A stretch of 63,970 nt of DNA, the filler included, from Bipalium vagum (Eukaryota): assembly GCA_037834085.1 (NCBI GenBank). It is 3 parts of 3 records of this genome, joined end to end, with 100 filler letters (N's around TTAATTAATTAA, not from the genome) between each part and the next. Parts side by side here need not be neighbours in the genome. Positions count along the whole stretch, not along the records: positions 48,354 to 63,970 come from JBBMKC010155710.1; 2 more parts are not named here. One strand, given 5' to 3'. Each line of letters opens with the position of its first letter. The stretch's first letter is position 1. The notes under the pieces were generated by a model. That model was not told the DNA's origin and did not search any database. It saw only the letters and a list, made by a program, of their open reading frames with translations. Positions 53,520 to 63,970 of the stretch are shown here, in pieces. The translations under genes and the position numbers were made by a program.

Positions 53520-56500
53520 CTAATCAAAATCGAACTGACAAGAATTCTTGCATATTTTTTCATAGTAAATAATTTCTTCACCATCTCTATCAAAATAAAG
53601 TAATCCTGTCGATACACAAATCGCAATTATACCAAGCCATCCCATAACATATGACCATCCTATTCCCCACAATTTACCTTGAACATATTCTCGCTGGCTA
53701 AAAGTTGTGTTCCATAGGAAACTGATCGGATAGCCAATTAACGAGATCAAAAAGAGCACGACTGTAATTAAAAATCTAAATATTTCAGTTTTATATTTTA
53801 TACATTATTATTGACAAATAATATAATATTTTTCTCTAAAGTTTTCAAAAAATTTCAAAAAAAGTTATCAAAATTTAAAAATTGATTTTGTTTTAATAAA
53901 CACCAATCAAAATATTCTTAATTATATTTAAGTTGAAACTGTTAAAGACAAAAATTCACTTTTAATCATATCTTGTGAAGAATGAAGTAATGGAATGAGT
54001 TAAAAAATTAAAATTTTCAATGAAAAATAAGAGATTAGTTAAAATACTAAAATTGATTAATTAGTTAAAAGATTAAAATTGATTAATTAGTTGAAATATT
54101 AATATTAATTAATAAATCGATCAACTGTCATACTTGTTAAAACCAGTGCAGTATTTTATAACCAGCTCTGAAAATATTTTAGGATGTTTATACAAGCCAG
54201 TGGATCTTGGTGTTTTTGGAAATGTTGAAAATAAATAAATAATAAATACTATTTTTGTTATTAAATAAACATTACTATATCAAGTCAATACAGGAATATT
54301 TCTTCTTTATTTAAACAATTTTTCAAAAACCAAAATTAAATTAAAAATATTAATTTAAATCATCATTACGTTTTTTATACTAAATTAATTTTTAAATTTT
54401 TGGATTTTTTTTATTTTTCAGTTTTTTGTGACCTTGGAGGTGACGCAGGGCCACGTTTGTTTATTTTATTATAATTTCAATTATTCAGCAACTGATAGAG
54501 GTGAAAAAATACCAAGTGTGTGGTAACACAAAAACCACGACTCAGTATCGTCGATAATTTAAGAAAATTATAACTTAAAATACTTTTTTTACGAATTATA
54601 CCGGAGAAAAATTTCATCGTGACTATTGATGAACTAACTGAAATTTTTTTGATTTGACAATTCAGCTTCTCTTCGATAACTGGTTTGATATGGAGAAATA
54701 AAAAAAATGAAGAATGATTTGTACATTCATTTTTATTTCAAAAGACCGATAAATAAGAAACCTTCGTGATATTTTAATGCATACCTAATTATTTTACCAT
54801 GAATTAGTGCTTTTGAATTGATTATTTTTACAATTTTTAGTATACATGAAAAATAATAATATTTTGATTAAAAGCTTATAAAATAAAAATGTTAAACTCA
54901 CCTTCAAAAATATGCACGATTATAACAGCATTATATACACTTGTTTTTCGTATTCCTTTAGTCTTCATACCATATCCTAATAATATTGTGGATATGATGG
55001 TCAAAATAAGTCCTACCACAGAACTTACAATAAAAACACGAACATAATCTAAAACAAATCAAAAAAGATAATTTCGTGCCTTTTAATATTGATATATAGT
55101 ATTTATACAAGGTACTCTTGATTCCCTCATTGGGGGGTTCGAAAATTATGTACTCGACGTTTATCGTTCTTTTTGAATGGTGAAATGTGACCTCGTTTGA
55201 TATTTGTCAAGAAATCTGAATATTCTTGACAATGTTTGTGATGGCTTCTTGGATAACATTATCACACAGGACAAGACGTCTTGCTAATTGAGTCTATAAG
55301 TGGAACTGGCTTGGTTATTCCAGTTCAAAGAAATGCAGTCATCGGAAGTGCTAATACTTTCGGTCTTTTCATCGATTTCATTTTCAAAATGGAATGAGAA
55401 TATACAGTTCATATTACTCAAATCTCGTCAGACAACAGGGAAGCTGTGATAGAAAAGTAGACTGATCAAACTTTATTATCTGAATAACAAGGCACCAATG
55501 GACACAAGTGCAATTCTCAAATTTAATATCGTGTATTGTGGCATGGAACTTTTAAGACATCTTCCTTACAGTTCAGATCTCACTCCTTTTGACTTTTATT
55601 TGTTTAATCACTTTAAAAGAAATTAACGAGCAATAAGAATACTAATAAAGAAAATCTCCCCAGTGTTGTGGAGAAATTTTTGAAGAACAAAGAAAACTTT
55701 CCTGGATCTCACTATAGAAATTGCGTGGACTAACAAGGAAATTATTTTGAGTAAGTGTTTATGTTGGTTGTATGTCTTATTTTCGAAATAAAAGTTTTGC
55801 ACATGTCTTTCTATACGAGTAACAATACTTATTGGGTGCAGCACACATTTTGTATTTTATATTTCAATTGCAAATATTTTTCTCAATATCAATAAAATAA
55901 TTAATTACCAAAATTGTTATCCAATAATAATTAAAAATTATTTTAATGAAAATATTGATACAGGATAAAATTCGTGAAAAATTCTTTTCACCAGCTACAA
56001 AATTGACAGCAAATGCATTTGTTTGTGTTCCATTAATAAAATCTTTATTCCAAATGAATTAATGGATACAGATAATTTCTTTTTTCGATTTTTAAAAAAA
56101 TTAAATCGAAATGGAAAGTGAACAAACAAACATGTAAAAGAAAAATCATGATGGTTTACTTTTGTAGGACGGATTTCTGTTGCAAGTAATTTGAAGGCTA
56201 TCATTAAGGTCGTGAACACATTCCTCCCATAAACCAACTCGGAAATTTGATGTCAAAATCCAATTTGATCCACTTGTGGATAAAAAGAAAAAAAATATCA
56301 CCAATAAGTTGGTTAAGAAACTGAGAGTCTGAATGAAAGAAGAGAAAAATAGAATTTATCAAAATAAAGGAGATTAAAGGTATTGGATAAATATATTTTT
56401 ATTTTATCATTTGCCGAAAATGGAGTATTTAGAAAACAATATTTAATTTATTTTTTAATTATTTATTTATTATTTATTTATAAAAATTATTTTAATCTTA

Positions 56501-57535
56501 TTTTTAATTATTTTAATTAATTTTTTAAAAATTTATTTAATATTTAAATTTATTCTAAATTATTAAAAATTTTTCTAAATTATTTAAATTTATTCTTAAT
56601 TATTTAAATATATTCTTAATTATTTTAATTTATTCTTAATTTTTTAAATTTATTCTTAATTATTAAAAATTATTTTTAATTATTTAAAATTATTCTTATT
56701 TATTTTATTTTATTTTTAATTATTTTAATTTTTTTAATTTTTATCATTTTTAAAGTATTTTAATTTTTTTAATTTTTATCATTTTTAAAGTATTTTAATT
56801 TTAATTTTATTTTTTATAAATTTACTTATATTATCAATTTTTATATTAACACAAATTATAAAAAATTTAAAGAGTAAAGATTTCATGGAAAATGTTTAGG
56901 TTTTCATTTCAAGATTTTCTTTAATATTTTTTATTTATTTTGAAATTTGTAAAAAAACAAGCATGTTTTTTAAAATTAATAATTTATTAATAAATATATA
57001 AATTAACAATTTGTTATATCTAGAAAGAAGCACTAATATAATATATCCATTGTAAGTAGCGAAGGAATATTTACTTTCTTAGTTATTATTTGAAGTAATA
57101 ATAACTAGGTAAAATTTAAAACGAAATGTTTTTATTTTTTTTTAATTTAAACTTGATTATACTCCCAGGATTTTAAAAATAATTTTTTTAGAAAATAATT
57201 TAAAGGTGAAAAAACCTTATATCTACAAAATATAAAAATTTTTAATAAAATTTCTTTAATTTAATTGAAATTCAATAAATCTTTTGATCAGTAACCTTTA
57301 GCGGACGTCCGACAGCAACTGATTCAATAATCATCGTTGGTGCCTTCCTTTTGGTCAAATGACAAGAAACTTCAAGTTGGTTCTTTGAATTTACGGATGG
57401 CATTTTGGAAATTCCATCTGCCGGCAGATCAGCTTCTTTTTCCTCTGGTTCTTCGTCCTCTTCATCAAAATATAAATGGTTCATGTAATCATTCAGTTCC
57501 AAGCTGCTTTCCATTTCCAAAACCGGCCTGGTCAT
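53520..57535 (-). CDS. TMEM47: TMEM47/VAB-9-like tetraspan (PMP22/EMP/claudin superfamily), 4 coding exons, ~265 aa
   Basis: complement(join(53520..53761,54902..55048,56160..56328,57296..57535)); GT-AG and phases consistent. It has APTMIIESVAVGRPLK before TM1, W...GLWEEC...C in extracellular loop 1, YPISF, GWSY..GW, and a C-terminal DRDGEEIIYYEK as in invertebrate TMEM47/VAB-9. The start codon is uncertain. Confidence 0.85.
55105..55850 (+). mobile_element. Decayed mariner in TMEM47 intron 2 (antisense to host gene)
   Basis: ELLRHLPYSSDLTPFDFYLFNHFK at ~55545-55620. Confidence 0.75.
56541..56800. repeat. AT-rich minisatellite (20-bp unit, ~8 copies) plus ~35-bp tandem duplication
   Basis: Consensus tatttaaatttattcttaat over 56541-56700, then tattttaattttttaatttttatcatttttaaag twice. 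Confidence 0.85.
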
Positions 57536-57855
57536 ATAAAAATTTCTCTGAAAATATGATAGATAAAATTTGTCCTTTTGGAAATGTGGGGAAGTTGGTC
57601 GACACACAGGGAAATAGTAAAATTTTATTGGGCTTGGTGCACGATGGGAACAGTTTCATTATTGATTATATCATTGCCTTTCTGTATAGGATTGAAAAAT
57701 TAAAAAAATATGTATGATAAATATGCAACATTCTTTTTAATTTAATATTTAATATTTAATATTAATTTTTAAATAATTATTGTTGACTGTCATTTTTCAT
57801 AATAATAATAATAATAATAATTTTACCACTTCAGAAAATTCCATAAAATTTAAAC

Positions 57856-57997
57856 NNNNNNNNNNNNNNNNNNNNNNNNNNNNNNNNNNNNNNNNNNNNN
57901 NNNNNNNNNNNNNNNNNNNNNNNNNNNNNNNNNNNNNNNNNNNNNNNNNNNNNNNNNNNNNNNNNNNNNNNNNNNNNNNNNNNNNNNNNNNNNNNNN
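57856..57997. other. Ordinary scaffold gap
   Basis: Run of N without the TTAATTAATTAA core. Confidence 0.95.
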
Positions 57998-60900
57998 AAC
58001 AATAGATATTTTTTATATATTGATACTTGACTAGTTTCTTAAGTATTTTATAAATCATTTTCCTTCATTTACTGAATATAATTAGTTAATAAGATAATAA
58101 AATATTTTTCACAATTAAATGAACATTATTTGATGAGCATTTATTAATTTTCCACTTGTATCATTTAAACAATTTTTGCACAATAATAATTCTGTGCCAT
58201 AACTGCTGAAATGAAGTGAACAATAAGAGACAGACAATAGACTTATCTCCTATCTGGTTGCATAATTATGACATAACCCACGTTAATTGAGTGGCATTTG
58301 TTGTCCAGATTATTTCATGCACATTATCAGCCATTTATATTCTATCTAAAAATGTTATCTTGAATAAAGTTCATCTTGATAAACAAACTGTTTGTAGGTC
58401 CAGTTATATAAATACCGATTTTGAAACTAGACCATAGAATCTTGATGAAAGGTGTTCGATGATCCAAAAACGTCAGCTGAGAAAAGAAAGCAAAGGAGAT
58501 TGATCAGTAAAGTATCAGCTGTACAATTGGCATGGTGTTTGAATGGAACAATCAACACATGTCAATGGATAGCTTGTATTTGTGATCATTAATCACACAT
58601 TTTATTTATTTATTCCCAAGTGTTGTTTTAGATTTTAGAAGCAACTGAACAGCCGTAACTGATGATAATTGATAGTTTTATTAAGTTTTTTATCTTATTT
58701 TTAATTTATCAGAAATACTTTAGTTGGTATTTAATTTTATTAATAATTACTCGAAAAAATATGTGTGGCTCGTAGGTTCCGAAGACCCTTTCAATAAATG
58801 ATATTGGTAACTTTAAAATGAACCAATCCAACTTAAAATTGATATAAAAAGTTTTATTTGAGAATTGGTCGGACAGCTTTTTTAAAAATATAAGTCAAGA
58901 CTATATCAACGTATTAGAATTAAGCTATTTTAAAATAATATATGTGAAAATATAAATTATTAAGTAATATAATAAATTTCCATGTCAATATTCGTGAAAG
59001 TAAAAGGGCTTTATCGATTAAGTAAAACTTAAATGTATAAAATTACAAAAAGAGGGAGGTAAATATTTTTATCATTTCATCCTTCATAAAAAGGTTTATT
59101 GTGTCGTTATATTTTCTTATTGAACTTAATGAGTCATTTTGATTTTTTCCTTGTCGTCCTTAGTTACGGAAAGGGTTCAAGACTTGATTTCAAAGAATGA
59201 AAAGTGCAAAGATTATCACGGTGATTATTTTGAAAAAGCATTTTGTAAAAATATATTTTTATTCCCCCCCCCTTTATTTCTTGACTTATCCTTTCACCAT
59301 ATTTTTTATTGCTATTAACCTCTTTGAGTTCTGTCAGTTTTGAAAGTAAATATGTGAATTGGAATATTAAATTTCTAAAGAAGTAAAAGCTTAAAAAGAA
59401 ATATTTCAAAGCATTCAACGACAAATGGTTTTGTAAAATTTAGAATAATAGAAAAATAGGAAAACTACTGTTCAGAAAAATAAAATATAACACTTAAGAT
59501 TCTGAAATAGGACATGGGTAATAAAATTACAATTACAGTGGAAGAACGTTAAGAAAATGAAGTCTTAAAAAGATGAAATGACAATGAAAAGATTCATATA
59601 ATGTCAGTAAAATAAAAGAATAATATAAAGAACAACCAGACACTGAAATTAGCTGACGAATACATCAAGTTATCCGAAAGAATATAGCTGTACTAATACT
59701 TGAAAATTAATGTTCAGATGTGATTTAGAGGAAAATGGGTGATATAAACATGAAGTCAAACATATAAATAAAGAAATTACAGATAAGGTATTAGGAAATG
59801 AAAAAGAGAGACAATTGAAAATGATGTGAAACACGTGATAGAAAAAATTATAGTAAACATTATATTTCATGTTTTAACATTAAAAAGTGTTTAAAGTATA
59901 TGCGGAATGCTCCTCACATTGAGTTAGAGAACTTCACAATTTATCTAATGTAATGTGAAAAATCTAAAGGTTTAAGTAAACCAAAAGAAAATATTATTCG
60001 CATACTAGAGAAACAAGATCAGCAGCTATTTTAAATTAATAATCGTCCCAGTCGTAGTTTATTACCTAAATCTAATTGTGTACTTGTAGAGAGGAATTAG
60101 TTGATTTCGCTCTCTATTCTTCAACTACTTGAACACGGAACCTTGTCTTAATTTTAGATTTGTTAACTATATAATTTAAAACTTGTATAGTTCAATAACT
60201 GTTCGGATGAAAACATTAATCCACAGAAATATTGGATAAAAAGATTTTGCAGAAATATTTAATTGGAATGACACTAACACCGTATGTTACAATGTATATA
60301 ACAATTTAAAAATATGAAATATGACACCCATTAAGATTTGGAAGCATTCATTAGGATAATTAATTTTTATGACGGATAGTTTTGAAAGAAACGATGAAAA
60401 AGACGAGAGAGATATAGATGATAAAAATATCAAGCATGAAAATAATTATAATGGAGAGACTAGGAATTAATTAACCTTCAACATTTTTCATACAGATAAA
60501 GTAATCAATGGTTTTCGCTAATGTTTAAAATAAAAAATACTTATATTTAACAAAAATAAGTGAAAAGTAAAGAAAAAACAAATGAAGAATTTAAAGTTTG
60601 TAAAAATTCAAAAAATTGAAATTAAGATAAAATCAATAATTAACGGTAAAATTAATAATCAATACGTACGTTAAATATATTTTTAAATAATGAAAAATAA
60701 AAAATTATTCACAACAGAAAGCAGTTTCTGTAAAAGCATTAAATTTTTAAAGAAAGATGAGCAACAAAATTTTGCTTATATTAAAAAGTGAAAGGAAACT
60801 GATTTACAGTAAATTACGAATTTATTTATTAAAGATTTGTTATAATGAACCATTTGACATTTATTCCAACCTTAAACAATTTAAATTATGATGTTATTTA

Positions 60901-61003
60901 TTTATGTATCTAGTTTTCAATTAGTCTAAATGAGAACTTATTTGAATAAATCCGATTACGATAGTTTATTATATTTTAGATTGTTTTATAATAGTTTTAT
61001 GCA

Positions 61004-63631
61004 ATGACAGAAAACGCTTCAATAAATTTAAAATCAACGGACGAAGAACCTAGCGTAAAAATAAAAATGCCAAAAACCCATGATTCTTTGAAATCAAAAA
61101 GATCTTGTTGCCTTTTCGAAAGATCTAGTGGCAATTTAGTTAATCTTAAATACGATACAAAAGTTCTCGAAGATTTTTATCAAGAATGTTCACTTCTGAA
61201 TGCTGTTAATCGATTTCGATTTTCTGCTGTTTTTTCTGTAGTCGTAGCCATTGTTTGGATACTTTACTTTTTCATTGTAATCGATAACTATGTTTGGTAT
61301 GTTGTGTTTCTTTTTTCCGCCATTGTAGTGTTTGGGTTTATTTTTGGTTTAACTTTTGCTAAAGAATTCTTTAAAAAGTGGCACATATGGCTCTATTTGA
61401 TTCTGGGGCTTTTTTTGGGCTTTTATTCTATAGCAACTTTTTTCACTGTATCTCCATCAGTGAGTGTCATTTTTAATTTGTTTTTGAATGTCCAGACAAT
61501 CTTGCTTCTCTATACGATGGTACCAGTTAAGTTATGGCAAGCAATTATAATTTCAACCTTTTTGAGTGTTTTGTTCATTATACTGGTCGGGGCCCATTAT
61601 GGATTGGTGAGCTGGCGCATATTAACCATTCTCATTCTGCTGGAGTTTGTCGCTCACGAAGTCGGTCTGGTGCACCACCTTATGTCGCAGGTTGATTTAT
61701 TATTTTAATTATAACGGAAGTAATAAAAATATGCCATAATCATCTTAAACCTATTTATAAATAAGTTAAGTATTTATTAAATATAGATACTGTAATGGAA
61801 GTAAATAAATAATTTTAATCTCAAGTTATTAATCTACTTAAACTGAATATCAAGTTTTTTGTAAATTGAATATTATTATTAATAATTTATTATTATCATT
61901 GTTATTATTTTTTACATAAATTGTTTTATTAAATCTTAACTGTGAAATATGGGCTGTTATTCCAAAAGGTTATGAAAGAAGTTAGACTAACTATAATGGT
62001 TATGGAAATATTTGAGCAAGATAGGAATTATTTATTTCAAATTCGCAGTCTAAATAAAGTGTATGCTTAAAATAGGAGGCTGTCATTAAGATAATGATAA
62101 TTTCCTGACAACTTAGTCTAATTGTAGAACTGAAGACAATGTTCTAGAAGTTAGAGAATTATATAGGGATGCCTGCATTTGCCGCTTATTTCATTATATA
62201 TTTATAATTTTCTAATCAATAGAATCAATATTTGAAAGTTATATTGATTATAATTATTATAATTATTCAATAGATATATTAATTGGATTATGCACCTTAA
62301 TTGTACTTAATGAGATTTTAAAATTAAATTAATAATAATTATTAACAATATTCAGATTTTTCGTCCAAGGCTTTCAATAGTAGTTCTAATAAATAAGTAA
62401 TATTCAATGAACCTTGGTACATATTGCGATAGAGTCCTTTGTAATTATCATAGTTATGATGCTAGGTTAACAATAGCCTTAATCAAAATCTTTGTTTTTT
62501 GTGTACATTTTACGGTTAAAAGTTTTATAATTAATCAAATCAGACGGTTTATAATTAAAACTGCGATGATACTAATTAGATTTGAATGATTTGATCATTA
62601 ATTAAGTAAGTCATGCTAAACTGTAAAGTTTTCAAGCAAAACCACCATATCAAGATTTTCAATTACCTTTGACTGACAAAATCAGATAGTGATAATTGTC
62701 TAATCATCTCTTAACGTTTAATTGGTGTCCTGGGGATTCGCAATCGTCTTCTCGTTTATCAACCATTTATTCACGTGTCATTTTCGAATCCTAGTTCAAC
62801 TTTTTAATATTTGAAGAAAGCTTTAAAGAATTAAGATACGCTTTTCAAAAAGCTCAATTTTAATTCAGACACAAATACGCTCATAGTTTCATATTGTAAA
62901 ATGCCACTTCATAATATTTGATTAAGTAATGATATTAATATATTAAAATTGGTGAGTGTTTTAAGAAAGTTGAACATATTTATTCCATAATTTTTGTCTG
63001 CTACTCTGTATCCATTTGTTTAACTTATAAATTAAATATTTGCTTTTATTGATAAAATTCTTAATTGATATTAATGTATTTTAATAATCAATCTTTAACA
63101 ATAAATAGATCAAAGTTAAAATTTTATGAAGTAAAAATCAATTATAAATTGTATCAATATCAGTTTTAATTTAATTATTTTTTAATTAAATTTAACAATG
63201 AGTTAAAGTTTTTGAACGACAATATCGGCAGTAGTCCAAACCATTATATGAAATGAAAGTAAATAGTTTTTTGTGGTTAACACATTAATTAATCATTGAG
63301 GAAAGTTGAAAATAATTTTTTCAGGCCAGACGAAGATCAACATTTTTAAAATTGGGTCAAGGGGCTCAATTGAAAAGAGAAATTAGAACTGAACAAAAGA
63401 CTAAAGAAGAAATGATTCAATCTCTGATGCCGGTTGAAGTGGCTCATGAAGTTATGATTAGTAAACATGGAGATTTAGAAGAAGAAAAGAACAAAAAATC
63501 AAAAGGATCCGGTTTCAGGCGTCGCAGACAATCTGAAAAGGATGATGATAGCTCCGATGAGGAAGTAATGATGGGATCACACAAGGAACAACATCGTCCG
63601 GGGCCAGCGGATAATGAAAATCGCGACGCAG
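61004..63631 (+). CDS. ADCY9: Transmembrane adenylyl cyclase, type 9-like; first two coding exons, 3'-partial
   Basis: join(61004..61690,63325..63631). It reads LFERSSG...KYDTKVLE..Y.EC...NRFRF, then a multi-TM block with LLYTMVP.KLW, then MSQ|ARRRSTFLKLGQ...KEEMIQSLMP. These match the ADCY9-specific N-terminus and pre-C1a helix. The catalytic exons lie beyond the window. Confidence 0.88.
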
Positions 63632-63884
63632 GTAATAATTTGTTTTTTCATATATTAAATGTGCTTCAATCTCTTTTTTGTATTTAAATCAACCAATTTC
63701 TTTAATTTTTATTGTGCAGTAATGCAACTATAAAATCATCATTGATATCAGCACATATTTTGTAATTTCACAATTTTATCAAGTCCCAATCTGGGTCCTA
63801 TTGATTTATATTGATATGATTTAGAATCATCATTTATGTAATTTTCTCTAAATTTTACAGAAAAGTTCATTTTATATTACATAT

Positions 63885-63929
63885 TATTATTAATATTATT
63901 ATTAATATTATTATTAATATTATTATTAA

Positions 63930-63970
<41 letters not shown>
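63885..63970. repeat. (ATT)n / attattatta-at microsatellite at window end
   Basis: Seen directly. Confidence 0.9.

Noticed and set aside
56541-56700. Regular repeats as a CRISPR-like array
   Set aside because: Head-to-tail AT minisatellite without unique spacers, in a eukaryotic intron, with no cas-like ORFs.

Overview
This is very AT-rich, intron-containing animal genomic DNA. The AAT microsatellites, ~50-bp minimal introns and dense mariner/Tc1/Gypsy debris suggest a triclad flatworm (planarian-like), which is an inference. The window is not one locus. Two synthetic 100-bp linkers (N44-TTAATTAATTAA-N44 at 23347-23446 and 48254-48353) join contigs that may be unrelated, and there is one ordinary N gap at 57856-57997. 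Contig 1 holds a complete 4-exon class I histone deacetylase (HDAC1/Rpd3, +), about 8 kb of transposon debris, and a complete 5-exon SPRED gene (EVH1 plus Sprouty domain, -). The debris includes solo-LTR-like units, a Gypsy integrase remnant and Tc1/mariner elements. Contig 2 holds the three 3' exons of a CSRNP/Axud1 gene (-), whose introns are full of mariner/Tc1 relics, and ends in a hAT/Buster element. Contig 3 holds the first coding exon of a divergent Shal/Kv4 channel (-), a 4-exon TMEM47/VAB-9-like claudin-superfamily gene (-) with an acidic N-terminal extension, and the first two coding exons of an ADCY9-like adenylyl cyclase (+). All splice models were read by eye, with GT/AG boundaries and reading phase checked. 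I found no clearly new multi-gene system. The best leads are non-coding: ~0.7-1.0 kb LTR-like units with structured GC-richer cores, a 30-bp-arm hairpin downstream of HDAC1, a double palindrome beside a SPRED splice acceptor, and degenerate hammerhead-like motifs. Lineage-specific changes in SPRED, Kv4 and TMEM47 are also worth checking.
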